A stretch of DNA of 63,807 nt, counting the filler, from Reticulomyxa filosa (taxonomy: Eukaryota > Protista > Foraminifera): assembly GCA_000512085.1 (NCBI GenBank). It is 17 parts of 17 records of this genome, joined end to end, with 100 filler letters (N's around TTAATTAATTAA, not from the genome) between each part and the next. Parts side by side here need not be neighbours in the genome. Positions count along the whole stretch, not along the records: positions 1 to 3,817 come from ASPP01006844.1; positions 3,918 to 5,307 come from ASPP01012252.1; positions 5,408 to 8,372 come from ASPP01011171.1; positions 8,473 to 13,230 come from ASPP01001157.1; 13 more parts are not named here. One strand, given 5' to 3'. Position numbers and translations under genes: made by a program. A model generated the notes under the pieces. It was not told where the DNA came from. It made no database searches and was given only the letters and a program-made list of their open reading frames with translations. Of the stretch, positions 1 through 12,571 are shown in pieces. Numbering within the stretch: position 1 is the stretch's first letter; the number at the start of each line of letters is the position of its first letter.

Positions 1-40
<40 letters not shown>

Positions 41-924
41 GTGTTTATAATTACAACAAAGAGTTTGATAAGATCAACATTTTCCCCAATCTTTTTTCAT
101 CGATTCGTGGATTCAATAGCTTCGATAATGCATTCGACAAAAAAAACGACGGCGGAGGAAAGGCGATGGACGGCAAGGACAAACAAAAGGACGATCGGTA
201 TTACTATGAGAGTGCTTATGGATACGACAATGCCATTGGCAGTGTCAAAGACAGTGCGAAGACGAGTCATGGCAATAGCAACACTGTGATCGTATTTAAA
301 AATGAACCTTTTTCCAAGGAAGAGGGGGAGGAGGAGAAGAAGAAGGACAAGAACGGGAACGGGAACGGGAATGGAAATAGGAATAGAAATGAGGATAGAG
401 ATTATGACAATAACAACAACAACAACAACAACAACAATAACAGCGACGACGACGACAATGATGATAATGATAATGATAATGATAATGACAATAAACAAGA
501 ACAGCAACCACTTTTATACCAACAGTACTCGGATAAAAAATTTATATCCTCTTCCTCTTCTCCTCATGCACAGTCCTCCTCTCATCTTCGTGAACGTGTT
601 GTTGCTGTTGATGACTACAAAAAAGAATTAGCTTTCTTCACTGCAGACGACTTGTCTCGCAATTATAATGCTCTCCAACATTCACAACTGCAGCAGTTAC
701 AACAACAACAACAACAACAACAACAACCACCTTTGCATTCGCTGCATCATTTTCGCAATCCCAATGTTCTTCCTTCCAATCGAAATAAATCCACTTTCAA
801 ATATAACCACAATTCTTCTTTCAATTTTGTTAACATTTCTGACAAAACCATCACTCAATGTGACTCGCCTCTTAAAAGGGACTGCGATCTTACCAAAGAC
901 ACTATCATCAATTCCCATCAATGA
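1..924 (+). CDS. Asn/Asp/Gln-rich hypothetical protein, 5'-partial
   Basis: Frame 1 is open from the window start through ORF 166..924. Poly-N/Q tracts; no domain recognised. Confidence 0.6.
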
Positions 925-1618
925 CACATTCATTTCAAAAAAATAAAAAATAAAAAAAAAGAAAGAAAGAGAGAGAGAGAGCGTGTATGCGTGTTTGTTG
1001 TTTTGTTTTGCTTTGTTTTGTTTTGTTTTGATTTTACCTTTGCTTTTATCTTTGCTTTGTTTTGTCTTGTTTTGTGTTTTAGTATGCCTTGTGCGTCCTG
1101 TCGGCTCTAACCAAGGTATAACACTCGTGCAAATGATAACGTGCTTTTTAACCACTATTTGTTTGTGGCTACATTACACTTCTTTTTGTTTTTGTTTTTG
1201 TTTTCTTATTAGGATTTTGCTTTGGGTGGAAATTCCTTGACAAAAACAGGAACAATACACAAAAAAAAAAACACAACTTATTAATAATCATAATCATAAC
1301 GAAAATTGGAGGCTTCCTTGGATATGTGCCACTTGCACTTGATTTTTTTTTCTTTCAACCCAAAACACAAAAATGAACTGCTCAAGTAAGACTGGCCTTT
1401 CACAAAAGATCTATATAAATGTATATGTATATAACTTTTGCTACACTGAAATATTACATAACCTGCAATTGTTGAGCTTTTGTTTGCAGTAGAATAATGC
1501 TAAGAGTATCAATCCCTTGAAACACTAATGCACGCTCGTCAAAATGTGTAGCCCCAATTTTTTTTTTTTTTGCATTTCGGCACCGTCCCGGTAGTGGCAT
1601 TTCAGGACAAATATATAA

Positions 1619-2250
1619 ATGCAGATAATAATGCAACAAGAGCGACCATACGAAGTAACAGAGGAGTCTCAGCTTAATCAGAGAGTGGAAGTGAAAAGCA
1701 AGACACGAAGTGGAGCAAGCAATTTGAAAAGCAAAACGGATATAGCATTGTTGTATCCAAGTGAGCGAGCACGTAAAATGGCGATTGACAACACATTACA
1801 AGGTTTATCTTGTTGTGCATGCTGCAAACTACGTACTGGCTTAATCCTGTTATGCGTGTGCTTGTTCATCCAAGACGTATACAACCTATTCGGAGGGCTG
1901 GTGTCAGTATCAATAGGAATATTGGGAATATTGTGCAGCTCACTCGGCTTGGCAGGAGTTGTAAAATATCGCCAAGAATATTGTATATTTTTTTTACGTT
2001 TTTTGTGCGTTGTTCTTGTACTTCATGCTGTGGCTCTATTTTACTTGTTTTTTGGTACGATGAAACTACGGAGTGTGTCAGCCCTTGTGAAAGTGATCAA
2101 CAGCAGGACCTACAGTATTGTAAAAAATCGTGTCGATCAACCATACAGATCACCCTTGTTGTTGAAATTTTGTTGGTCATCATGCAACTCTACTGTATTT
2201 GGTATTTAAGATTGTTTATTCAAGCCATTCGAAAAGCTGAAATCAATTAA
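1619..2250 (+). CDS. Four-TM membrane protein (LAPTM/DUF4728-like), -1 frameshift at T6 (2048-2053)
   Basis: CCACCKLRTG motif before TM1 and three TMs in ORF 1619. The Cys-rich loop and fourth TM (EILLVIMQLYCIW) lie in ORF 1810, the -1 frame. Confidence 0.6.
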
Positions 2251-3214
2251 TTTTTTCATTTACAAAAAAAATGAAAAATTGGTAGTTAGTTTTTGTATTC
2301 GGTAAATCAAACAAGAATATTCTTGTGTTGATTTTTAATTCCTTGTGCGTTGCTTCAATCTTGATTTTTGTTTTGTTTTTTTGGTTTGAGATATTTAGTT
2401 AACACACTTACTTTTAAAATTTTAATCAACAAATGACCAACTGTCAAGTCTATATCTTTTTGTTGTGTTCTATCACATATGTAACAATTTTTCTTGAATA
2501 CTGTTACACCTTTGAAAGGCTAATTGCTTTTTGTTCAATAAAAATGAAATTTTTTTTATTTGAAAAATTTTATTTTATTTTATTGAATGCAAGTATTGAA
2601 AGAAATCTTTTTTTTTGTTGTTTAAAAAAAATTAAAAATCTGTGTTCAATGTTTTTTAAAGAATTTAAATGAAAATTATAACCAAATATCAAAATAAATT
2701 GCAAGATATTTGAAGTATTTGCGTTTTTTAATTTTTACACAGCATCAAACACGATTATCTTTTTACTAATTCATGATGTACATCTTTTCTGTTTCAAAGA
2801 AGAGTTTTATTAAAAACTTGAAATATTGTTAATCTTTTCAAAGAATGCAATTATGCAATTTTGATCAAAAAATTTTTAAAAAGAATTAAATTGATCTTTA
2901 TAAAAATTTTATTCAAACGAATAGTGAATTGCAGAAAATAAATATTGATTATTTTTATCGATTAAAGCAATAACTACATACAATTTTTTAATATACTTTG
3001 TCCAAATAACAACTATTAACTTGAGATGATCCCAGATTGCCTTATTATTTGAGATAAGATATTAAATGTGAATTAAATCTTATTATATATTTATAGCAGA
3101 ATCTCTTCATGATAAAAAAAGAAATATTTATATTTATATGTTTGTAGAAAAAATATTTGCTTCATTTAATTCTTAAAAAAAAAAATCAAATTTTCCCTGT
3201 GATTGAAAAACATT

Positions 3215-3817
3215 TTATCCCCAAATACAAAGCAAACCATTATTCATAACATAACATAGATTAATTTCATTTCTTTTCTTTTGTAATTGTATAAATTTGA
3301 GACAAAATATTTCATTATCTCTTCTAATAACATACAATTCTTTCTTATTTGATCGAATATCCCAAAATCGAATTGTTTTGTCATATGATGAAGAACAAAT
3401 GACTTGTTGATTATAATTATGATAATGATATGATGAAAATTTCATACAAAATACATAAGATGAATGTCCATTAAATAATTGAATTTGTTTGTTGTTATTA
3501 ATATCCCATACACGAATTGTTTTATCAGATGATCCAGAATAAAGTAATTGAATATCATTAAATGTTGAATAATCAATTCCTTGAACATAATTTGTGTGTC
3601 CATTAAATCTATTAAGTTGTTTAAAAGAATTCATCAATTCAAAACTGAAAATGGAATATTTGTTAGAATCTATTGATGATGAAATATCTTTGTTATTATT
3701 TTCTTTTTGTTCTTCTGTATTGTCATTGTTTTGTTTTAAAAGTTGACTAATCTGTTCCAATTTCTTTTCTTTTTTTTTCAATTTTTTCTTTCATTTGTTT
3801 GATTTTCATTATCTTTT
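3215..3817 (-). CDS. Lineage-type WD40 repeat protein, 5'-partial
   Basis: FNGH...SGSSDKTIRVWD and FNGH...SSSYDKTIRFWD repeats, C-terminal NLCY...IWG. Confidence 0.85.
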
Positions 3818-3917
3818 NNNNNNNNNNNNNNNNNNNNNNNNNNNNNNNNNNNNNNNNNNNNTTAATTAATTAANNNNNNNNNNNNNNNNNNNNNNNNNNN
3901 NNNNNNNNNNNNNNNNN
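3818..3917. other. Artificial contig-joining linker (first of 16)
   Basis: N44-TTAATTAATTAA-N44, giving stops in all six frames. Identical 100-bp linkers start at 3818, 5308, 8373, 13231, 14982, 17199, 19774, 20995, 26395, 29453, 33395, 36828, 45195, 55246, 56599 and 60009. Confidence 0.98.
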
Positions 3918-3948
<31 letters not shown>

Positions 3949-3967
3949 CAATTTTTTTTTTTAAAAG

Positions 3968-5240
3968 AAGTGCCGGGTTGGATGAGAAAATTGAGAAGCA
4001 AGCCAAAATTTAAAGCGGTTCCTCCGTTAATATCGTCTCTAGGCGAGACAAAAAGACAGAAAAAAACAAGTGTAAAAAGTAGAAATGCATCTCTTGAGAT
4101 TGGTACAAACCATGGACTTATCTATTATCACAAGAAAAGTGCAAGCAAAAAAGATGAAACGAGAAAAAAATAGAGATATTGAATATAGCAAAACGAAGTA
4201 GCGATGACAGTGAGCCAATGGAAATAGACTCAAATGATCAGATGGGATATTCAAAAAAACCTTATGTGGATGTCAATGGTGATGATGACGATGATGTCAA
4301 TATTAATGAAAAGAAAGAAGTGGATGTGGATATGGATGATGGCATTGGATATTTCTTAATCAACAACAGCTTGCAAGATGAAAAATTACTTTTGCACGTG
4401 GTCAACAGTGTATTGTTTATTAAGGCAGTGAAGGAGATATTTGGAGGTGTCAAAATGAAACGGAGGCAGTCCATTCGTCGATATCACTTTATCTCTCGTA
4501 ATGAAAGGGTTACCAATAGTGATTCGAAGGATGGAGATGGGGATGGAGATGAAGATGGAGATGAGACGGGGAATTGGAATGGCAACGCTCATCGCATTAA
4601 CAAAAGGAAATACGTGGAGTGGAATAATGCTTTGCAATTGCTATGTGAGCGGTACAGTGGACTCAAAGTTTTGACTGCTGTGCCATGGGGTTGTCATGCC
4701 AGTTTGGCACGAGAAATACAACAATTGTATGATCACGTGCTATGCATACGAGATTACATACAACATGTAAGTCGAGATCTCCCCATTTTGAGCGGAACTC
4801 ATTTTTGTCAATACCATGTTCATACTGGCTTTCTATTCAATGCTAATTCCCACTCCAAATCTAAATCCGACTCTAAATCTCAGCTATCTTTTTCCTCATC
4901 CATGTCTTTAGAGGAGAAGTCGATAGGTGCACAATCGAGTCATTTGGACTATTGGTCCGATGGAGTCTCAATCGGACCAGAGTTTTCCACTTTGTGTCGA
5001 GAGGGTGTCCACAGTATGGTCAATGCGACCAAATACATTGTCTATTGCCAACAAATCGATTTTGCCGAATTTTTCATCGAACCTCTTGCGTCCAATCCAC
5101 AAGACAATTCACAGGGTGTCAATCTCTTTGATATTTTGCTTCAAAAGCACGCACAAGCGCATATTTGTGACTTGGAAAAGCAATTGGAAGTATGGAAGCG
5201 CGACATGGTTCGACTATATTATATTATAAGATATACATAT
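3968..5240 (+). CDS. Internal exon of a large hypothetical protein, -1 frameshift at A7 (4164-4170)
   Basis: ORFs 3970 and 4179 join if one A is added. Flanked by an AG acceptor and a TA-rich intron. Confidence 0.55.
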
Positions 5241-5411
5241 ATGTATATAATGTGTATTTATGTATATGTATATGTATATATTGTTTTTTTTGTTTTTGTT
5301 TTTTTTTNNNNNNNNNNNNNNNNNNNNNNNNNNNNNNNNNNNNNNNNNNNNTTAATTAATTAANNNNNNNNNNNNNNNNNNNNNNNNNNNNNNNNNNNNN
5401 NNNNNNNTTAT

Positions 5412-6322
5412 TTATTTTTTTTTTTTTTTGTCCTTTTGATTTAAATTTTGTTTTAACAACAGTTGGAGTACATTGATCAACTGTTCTGTCTCTTGCAGTA
5501 ATTTATTGCTATACTCTTCATTTTTGATCAACTGAATGACCGCCACTAGCACCTTCAAACTGTTTTCCAACACTTTTTTATAATTTTCCAGAATGTGCTT
5601 TTCGTTAATTTTGAAAGGGAGATTCGGATTATTTTCATTGAAATGAGCAATTTCTTGGAACATATCTGCAGGTATCTCTGCCAGCACGTGTTGATGTCCA
5701 GGGGATTTAAGCAAATGTTGGATGAGGATGGACAAGCGATATTTGACCAAATGAATGATGTTCATCGACAATGTGCCACGGTAGTGACTGTCATTGACAT
5801 CTTGAATTTTGGTAAAGTCTGTTGATTCATTCATCAACCGCAGTGCAATTACCTCCTTGTTTTGACAGCACAGCTCCATGATGATATCCCCTTTAATTTT
5901 ATACGAGTCCAATTTCCACGTCGTTGCCAAGTCCAACGCGATGGGTATGTTTTTCCTCGCAATCTTCATGATGCACTGATACTTGGTCGTCGATTGATCT
6001 TTTTCTTGAGGTTTCGGAAGAGCCTTTGATTGCCTTGTTGTAAGCAAGCAAGCAAGCAAGAAAGTAGAAAGCATAAACACAGATATATGCATGTTACCAA
6101 AAAAAAAAAAAAACAAGCAAATAAAATGAAACTTTTGTGGTCGACGTTCAAACGTCGATGAGTGATAATATTTTGCCAACAAATTGGCATTTTGGGAATT
6201 GTCAGAATTACTCGATACAAAAAAGTCTGTTGTGAATAAAGATGAATTGAATTCTTGAAACTCGGGAAATATTTTGGTGATTTCGATTTCATCCTTTGGT
6301 TGCTCTTTGGCATTGGCAGCCA

Positions 6323-6359
<37 letters not shown>

Positions 6360-8310
6360 GCTATTGTCATTTGTCCAACGAGTGATTGAATAATTAATAG
6401 GTATCCTCAGACAAGCAATGAACAGCCTCAGAATTTGCAAGTACATTTCCAAGACGGAGTCCAACGAGGCAAGATACAGATTCGAGCGATTGGACAAAAA
6501 TAAAATGGTGCCCGGCTCCAGATACTGTTTGTTGACAAAAGCATCCACAGCTTCCAAAGGAGGCCAAGTTGCTAATTCGGATTGGTCTTCCTCCAAATAC
6601 ATTTTCTCTCTTTCATAGCCTTGTCCTTTGGTACTGCCCATTGAAATGTCATTGCCTGTCGTCGATTGTATCTTTGTGATGACGTATTTGTCCGACTCTT
6701 TCGTCGTACTGTTGTACAAAAGGGACAGTCCTTGCATGGTGTCTGATGCGACTTTTTCCGCGTCGGGGCCATTACCAATGGTTTTATCGTTGTCCGCAAT
6801 GGCATTTTTGACGTCATTCGGATTCGAATCTCTGTGTTGCATCACCGTGTCCAACAATGACAGGATGTATTTGATCCAACGTATCGAGTCGGATACAATC
6901 TCGAGCAACAGTGATCGATGCTCGTTGCTGAGACTACTGATGGAGCGCTGATGAGACGGGGCCTTGCTTGTAAAGTCGGTTACAAAATACTTGTTTAGCA
7001 TCGGCGACAACGTATAATACCAAATTTGCCCATTCAACATCAACGTCTCAACCAACAAATTGCTGATCTCTTGCGTTTTTTGAAAATCAGACACATTGTA
7101 TTTGGAAAGCAGGTTTTGGCTAATGAACAAAAACGACCGAATCATTTGCAATTGGTGGGGTTCGTTTTCATACGAGGTGACGCGTTCCAGGATATCAAAC
7201 AGAGAATAAAACACTAGCCATTCCATTGTTATGTGTTTCGTGGGGATTATATGTAAAATGTAATAAATATTCCTCACCCACTCCCATTTGCCGGTCCAAG
7301 TGCTTAGTTTCACCCAATCAAAAAAAAAAAACACACACACACACAATCCATGTGTATGGTATATACGTATACATATTACATATACACATTATATGTAATA
7401 CGGTGTAACAACAAAGGGAAGGAACTTATTGTCACCAACACCGGGACCATCAATATGCTCTAAACCGTGCTGCTTTTGTAGCCGGATGACATGCTCTTTG
7501 ATATCTTTGTCTAAGGTGAGTTGAGGAGAATGAATAATGCATTGGATTAAATCCAAAGCGAACAACAAGGCGCGAAGATATTCTTCATTTTCTGTCTTGC
7601 AAATATCTCTGGACTCTTCCTTATGACTTTTCGATGTTTGTTTTTTGTCGTTGGCATCTTTATCTTTGTGTTGTTCCTTGGATTCCTTTGTCTCGGTCGC
7701 AGAGTCCGTGGAAGAGTCGGTCTTGGTGCTTGGCTTGCGTTTTTTATTCAAAGACGCGATTTCGTTTTCGAGTCCCGCCAGCATGTATTTGCTTACGAGT
7801 CGACTCAATGGCAAGTCTGTTTCCAAATCGAGTAAACTGTAGCCTCCGTTATATCGCAGTCTGTCGTGAGGGAAATATCCGAATTGGAACTTGCCAGTTC
7901 CCGATATGGTATCTCGATTATTGGTGGTGCTGAAAGCGCTGACATGATGAACGGGGAGCAAGTAGTAATAGATTTTGACTTTCAAAATGCGCGAGGCATA
8001 AATCAGCCACTCGTTATTCACGTACGGCGTACTGCCATCTGTTTTTTCGGTATTGTGTTGGTTGGGTTTCACCATACTGTTGTTGTTGTTACTGTTGTTA
8101 TTATTACTGTTGTTATTATTACTGTTGTTGTTGTTGCTATTGTCTTGCGTCGAATTGTCTTTACTTTCGTGAAGGTCGCCATAATTCGATGAGTGATTGT
8201 ACAGCGCATCACAAACACGACACAATAAAAACACATGAGTATGTTGAGTACTTCGTTGAACGAAATAGCGTAGCATCGTTACAAAGTGTCCTCCATTGAT
8301 CAAGAAATCT
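5412..8310 (-). CDS. RAB3GAP2: Rab3 GAP non-catalytic subunit-like C-terminal region (multi-exon, 5'-partial)
   Basis: ORFs 7389..8303 and 5412..7346. IALDLATTWKLDSYKIKGDIIMELC, LSMNIIHLVKYRL and VLAEIPADMF resemble my recollection of the RAB3GAP2 C-terminus (LAVDLA..., LASQLLVLTGQRL, LLARLPPTL). Confidence 0.55.
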
Positions 8311-8472
8311 ATGCATTTATCGTTTCAACAAATATCCAATTTTTTTTAATTTTTTTTTTTTTTTTTTTTTTTNNNNNNNNNNNNNNNNNNNNNNNNNNNN
8401 NNNNNNNNNNNNNNNNTTAATTAATTAANNNNNNNNNNNNNNNNNNNNNNNNNNNNNNNNNNNNNNNNNNNN

Positions 8473-8520
8473 CTCAGTTCCATACAACTTCAACTATGTG
8501 TGATAAGGGCTTGCCCTACA
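8473..8520 (-). mobile_element. Truncated end of an LTR/MITE-like element related to 57913..58139
   Basis: Minus strand reads TGTAGGGCAAGCCCTTAT..., versus TGTAGGGCAAGGCCCTAT at 57913. Runs off the contig start. Confidence 0.55.
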
Positions 8521-8563
8521 AGCTTTTTAAGGTTTTTTGGTTTTACAAAAAAAAAAACAAAAA

Positions 8564-9600
8564 GGAAACTTAAACGTCCTTTATTAAAGAGTTGTAAATC
8601 CTTGTTATTAACGTACTATCATCAACAAAGAAAAGAGATAATGCAACAATTGGTAAACTTTCTTCACTGTATTTCATAAATGGAATGATCACTGTTTGAA
8701 TCGAAACTTATTTTTTGCAATATTGAATTTTTTCCTCCCCCCCTTCCTGCAACTATTTAACTTTGAACTTTTTTTTTTTGTCATTTAAAAAAAAAAAGGC
8801 GTGACGGGAAAAGTGGATTGACGAAGCAATGTAATCCTAGTAAACGATGTGATAGTAATTGACGAACTACCGTCAAATGCAAATAGATACATCCATGAAG
8901 AATGATTCAAATCACGTCAGCAACGGCATCAAGCATTTGGTGGCTTACATTAACAAAGTACTGGATAGTCTTTGGAATGTGAAATCATATGGAATGATTC
9001 AATACACATGTGGATATATGAAATCGAATCAATTGCTACAAACCAACACGTTTGACGATGTCGAGTTCATTTCTGCAAAAGACTATTCCGAATTCAGCAG
9101 ATATTTATCACACTACAAATAATCATTCTTTCGGCAGCTCACACGAACGAAATCGACAAAAAAAAGGTTGAAATGATAATTATAATAATAACAGTAACAA
9201 TAATAATAACAATTTCAATTACAATAATCAATACTTTTTGATTACAAAGACACAACAATGACTTCTTATGCAAATACCTCATATCAATATTCTATCAATC
9301 ATAGATCTGCTGGTGATATCTTTGTTTGATTATAAGTTAATGTGACTACAAGTTGCAATCATAAAAACTTCAAACGAAAAAAAGAAGATATATTTGCTCG
9401 TGGAGAAACAATGCTGCTGCGGGAAGGGCTTCAACTAACATGACAATAATGCTTTTTTAACGGAAAGTCATGACGCAATGACAAACAACAGATCATTGAC
9501 AAACGCTACGTCCCACTAACAGCAACCCAAATTTAAAATTTTCCAACAAATCTAACTGGCAACTTTGCATAAAGCTAGTTTCGACGTGGCGTTTTGTCTA
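8564..9600 (+). pseudogene. Decayed intron-containing coding remnant
   Basis: Exon-like blocks after A-run AG acceptors, multiple stops, ORF 8859..9122. No family recognised. Confidence 0.3.
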
Positions 9601-9906
9601 ATAACAGAATTTAAACTCACAGTTCACTACTTACAGTCTCCATTATGTTCCTGAAAAAAGGGCCAACTAATGAAAGTGTACTAATCCTATTGGCACTCAA
9701 TGTAGTGCCCAAATTGGATAAAATTTGCAAAACTTAAGTTCGTTTTTCTTTTTATAAATTTTATACAAAACACACTATAAAAATAGTACAACATATGCTC
9801 ATGGCAATCGGTGTTAGTAGAAGCCCTTACCGCAGTAACATTGTTCTCCACGTGCACATATCTCCTCTTTTCTTTCATTTGTTTGGTTTGAAGTTTTTAT
9901 GATTGC
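9355..9906. repeat. Diverged inverted repeat (arms 9355-9440 and 9812-9906)
   Basis: 21-nt exact match GCAATCATAAAAACTTCAAAC, continuing with similarity through CGTGGAGAA...CTGCGG.AAGGGCTTC.ACTAACA on opposite strands. Confidence 0.8.
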
Positions 9907-10131
9907 CCCTTGGAAACTTTAATTGGGATAATATCTATATTTTTACATCTTCAAAAGACTCATTCTATCCTCATTATTTTGATCGCGACTACTTAAAACC
10001 ATAAACATAAATTTTCTTAATTACTTAAAAAGGTCAACTAGGCTGCAAGGTTAGGCACACCAAAAAAAAAAGAAAGTACTCGAAATTTGGGATTTTTAAT
10101 TAATCATTTGAACTTATTTTCAAAGCATACA

Positions 10132-10809
10132 ATGTCTTTCCAAGGTTAGTGATTATTTTAACTTTAATCAATACAAAGAAGGAAATGGAAACGGAGGGTA
10201 AAAAAACAAACAAAACAAAACACGTTTACAGCTCAAGCATTTTTTGATGCAGCTGAAAAATTGTTGCCAAACCAAGATTTTGGCGATTTGAAGGCATCGT
10301 TTCAATTTGACATTTCAAATGGTGGTGACAAACAATCATGGGCGATTGACATTGGCAAAAAAAAAATTGTCAAAGGAGGCGTTGGTAGTCCGACTTGCCG
10401 ATTTACGATCAGTGACAGTGATTTTGTTGCCTTAGTTAAAAAGGAAGTACAACCTGCAGAATTGTTCATGAGCGGAAGACTGCAATTAGAGTTAAGTCGG
10501 AACAATCTTTAATGGTATACGTGGTTGTGTCATTAAAAAAATTGCGAATTTGCTAAGGAAAGCTTGCAAGAAAATGTGAATACCAATCCAAAAAAAAAAA
10601 TAAACGCTTTGGTTTGATTTTTTAAAAAAAATTAGTGGTGATATGAGCGTTGCTTTGAAATTCCAAAGTGTCTTAGAAGGAATCCAAGTGGATCCAAGTA
10701 CGATATTTGGTGGAAAGTTAAGCCTTTTTTTTATTCATCAAAGGAAAAAAGTTAACCTTTTGGAAATTTTTTGACACGTGTTTGAAAATTGAACAGATCC
10801 AAATTGTGA
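10132..10809 (+). CDS. SCP2: Stand-alone SCP2 sterol/lipid carrier with PTS1 (4 exons)
   Basis: Spliced product MSFQAQAFF...FTISDSDFVALV..QPAELFMSGRLQLDGDMSVALKF...GGKSKL*. Three GT-AG introns keep the frame. Confidence 0.9.
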
Positions 10810-11180
10810 AAAAGCCAAAATTATTGAAATAAATGAGCTTCAAACAAATTTGTTTGTTTTTGTTGTTGTGTTTCTCCTTAGAAAACTTGCAATTTTAATT
10901 TGAAAACAAACAAAATTTTTTTTAGCCAATCAAGTTGTGAATAACTACTCTTTCAAAAAAATTTCCGAAAATTGCATCTTGAAAACAAATTTGATTATTC
11001 TATTCCCAAAATAGAATATTTTTATAAAAATAAGTTTTTAAATAGGCTTTTAAAAAATTCAACAATCTCGTTTTAGTGTTTCGGGTACAACTATCTTTTT
11101 TAAAACACTTAGCGACAAAGTGTTTTTTCTTGAAGAGGGTTCCTGTTGCTTTACTTAAAAAAATAAAGCTAACACCACAA

Positions 11181-12188
11181 ATGCTCCGCATTTGGACTGT
11201 CGATGCTTTCACCCATAAACCATTTGCGGGTAATCCAGCAAGTGTATGCATTTTGACACACTATGACGAAGCACTTTGTGTCAAAATTGCTCGTGAGATG
11301 AATCACGCAGAAACAGCGTTTTTAGTGCCAAAAATAGTTACAAGCGGACAATTGCGACAGGATTCGCAACGCACAAACGAATGGTATATTCGTTACTGGA
11401 GTCCGAGAGGATCAGAAGTCAATTATGTTGGCCACGCCACGTTGGCTTCAGCTCATGTTTTATTTTCACAAGGATTTGCAGCGGATGTAAATGATGGTTT
11501 ACTGTTCCGAACGAAGTCGTCAGGAAACTTCCAAGTTTTTCGAAATATAAAAAGCGAAAAAGTAACACCACAAAATGCAGATCTCAATCCACCATTTGAC
11601 TATATAATGGATTTTCCGGCAGTCTATTATCAATCCATTTCAGATGAATCCAAAAAGATCAATACAATAAAAAGCTTGGAAAAAGCACTGAACTTGAAAC
11701 AGGAGCCAACAAAAGAACACATTTCAATTCAAAACATTGTTACTGCAGGGGAAGATTTACTGGTTGAATTAAATGTGAAGTCATGTCTGGAGGACATGAA
11801 ATCCGTCAAACCTGATATTTCCATAATGAAACAAAACGAATTACTTAAGACCTATCGGTGTATTGCCATTACTTCTAAAAATTCCAATAAAAATGGGAAA
11901 ACAAGTTTTGACATCGTGTCCAGAGTATTTGGACCTAAAATTGGCATTGACGAAGATGCCGTTTCAGGAAAAATACACTGCTGCTTGGGAATATATTGGG
12001 GCTCACGCTTGGGCACCGCTCAAGCTCCAAAGTCATGGATTCATGCATATCAAGCTTCCAACAGGGGTGGGGAATTGTATGTTAAACTTGACGAGAAGAA
12101 AAATCGAGTTTTGTTAAATGGTAGTGCTGTCACAATGATGCAATGTGATTTGTTAGTTCAAAGTAAATTACAGATCAGCAAAATCTAG
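11181..12188 (+). CDS. PhzF/PBLD-family epimerase-like isomerase, intronless
   Basis: VDAFT..PFAGNPA, EMNHAETAF, GHATLA, SRVFGP..GIDED and QASNRGG motifs. Ends SKI*. Confidence 0.92.
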   Translation: MLRIWTVDAFTHKPFAGNPASVCILTHYDEALCVKIAREMNHAETAFLVPKIVTSGQLRQDSQRTNEWYIRYWSPRGSEVNYVGHATLASAHVLFSQGFAADVNDGLLFRTKSSGNFQVFRNIKSEKVTPQNADLNPPFDYIMDFPAVYYQSISDESKKINTIKSLEKALNLKQEPTKEHISIQNIVTAGEDLLVELNVKSCLEDMKSVKPDISIMKQNELLKTYRCIAITSKNSNKNGKTSFDIVSRVFGPKIGIDEDAVSGKIHCCLGIYWGSRLGTAQAPKSWIHAYQASNRGGELYVKLDEKKNRVLLNGSAVTMMQCDLLVQSKLQISKI

Positions 12189-12571
12189 TCGTTTTTTTTA
12201 TTCAATAAAAAAAAAATTACTGGCCAGACGTCTTTTTCTTTTGCAACGAAGCCCACTTTTCGCAAGTGTTTTTCTCCAAAAAAAAAATTCAGTTTTTAAA
12301 GATGTATAAATGCATTATTAAATTTTTTATGTTATTTTGAGATCGGTTATTTACAAAGCTTTAAAACAATTTGGTCAGCGAAAGACCAAAAAAACCAAAA
12401 AAAAAAAGTGTGTAAATTGATTTTATTTTTTTTTGGGATTGTTTGATATAATTTCTTCCTAAACAAAACATCAACACAGAACACATCAACAAACACACTC
12501 TTGTAATCACGCTAAATACAATCGTTAGTTCAATGAAAAAAAAAAATAAGGAACAGTTTTTTTCTTTTTGA

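Noticed and set aside
97-1240. Hydrophobic poly-I/V/L/C ORFs here and at 37776, 49312, 60181 and elsewhere
   Set aside because: Antisense or alternate-frame readings of AAT/AAC/GAA microsatellites and T-rich UTRs.
4164-4173. Euplotes-type AAA-TAR +1 frameshift
   Set aside because: The +1 frame closes within a few codons, the open frame is -1, and most of the other shift sites have no adjacent stop.
11181-12188. Bacterial contamination or a phenazine operon
   Set aside because: Same contig as spliced SCP2 and PH genes, host-like composition, and no other phz genes.
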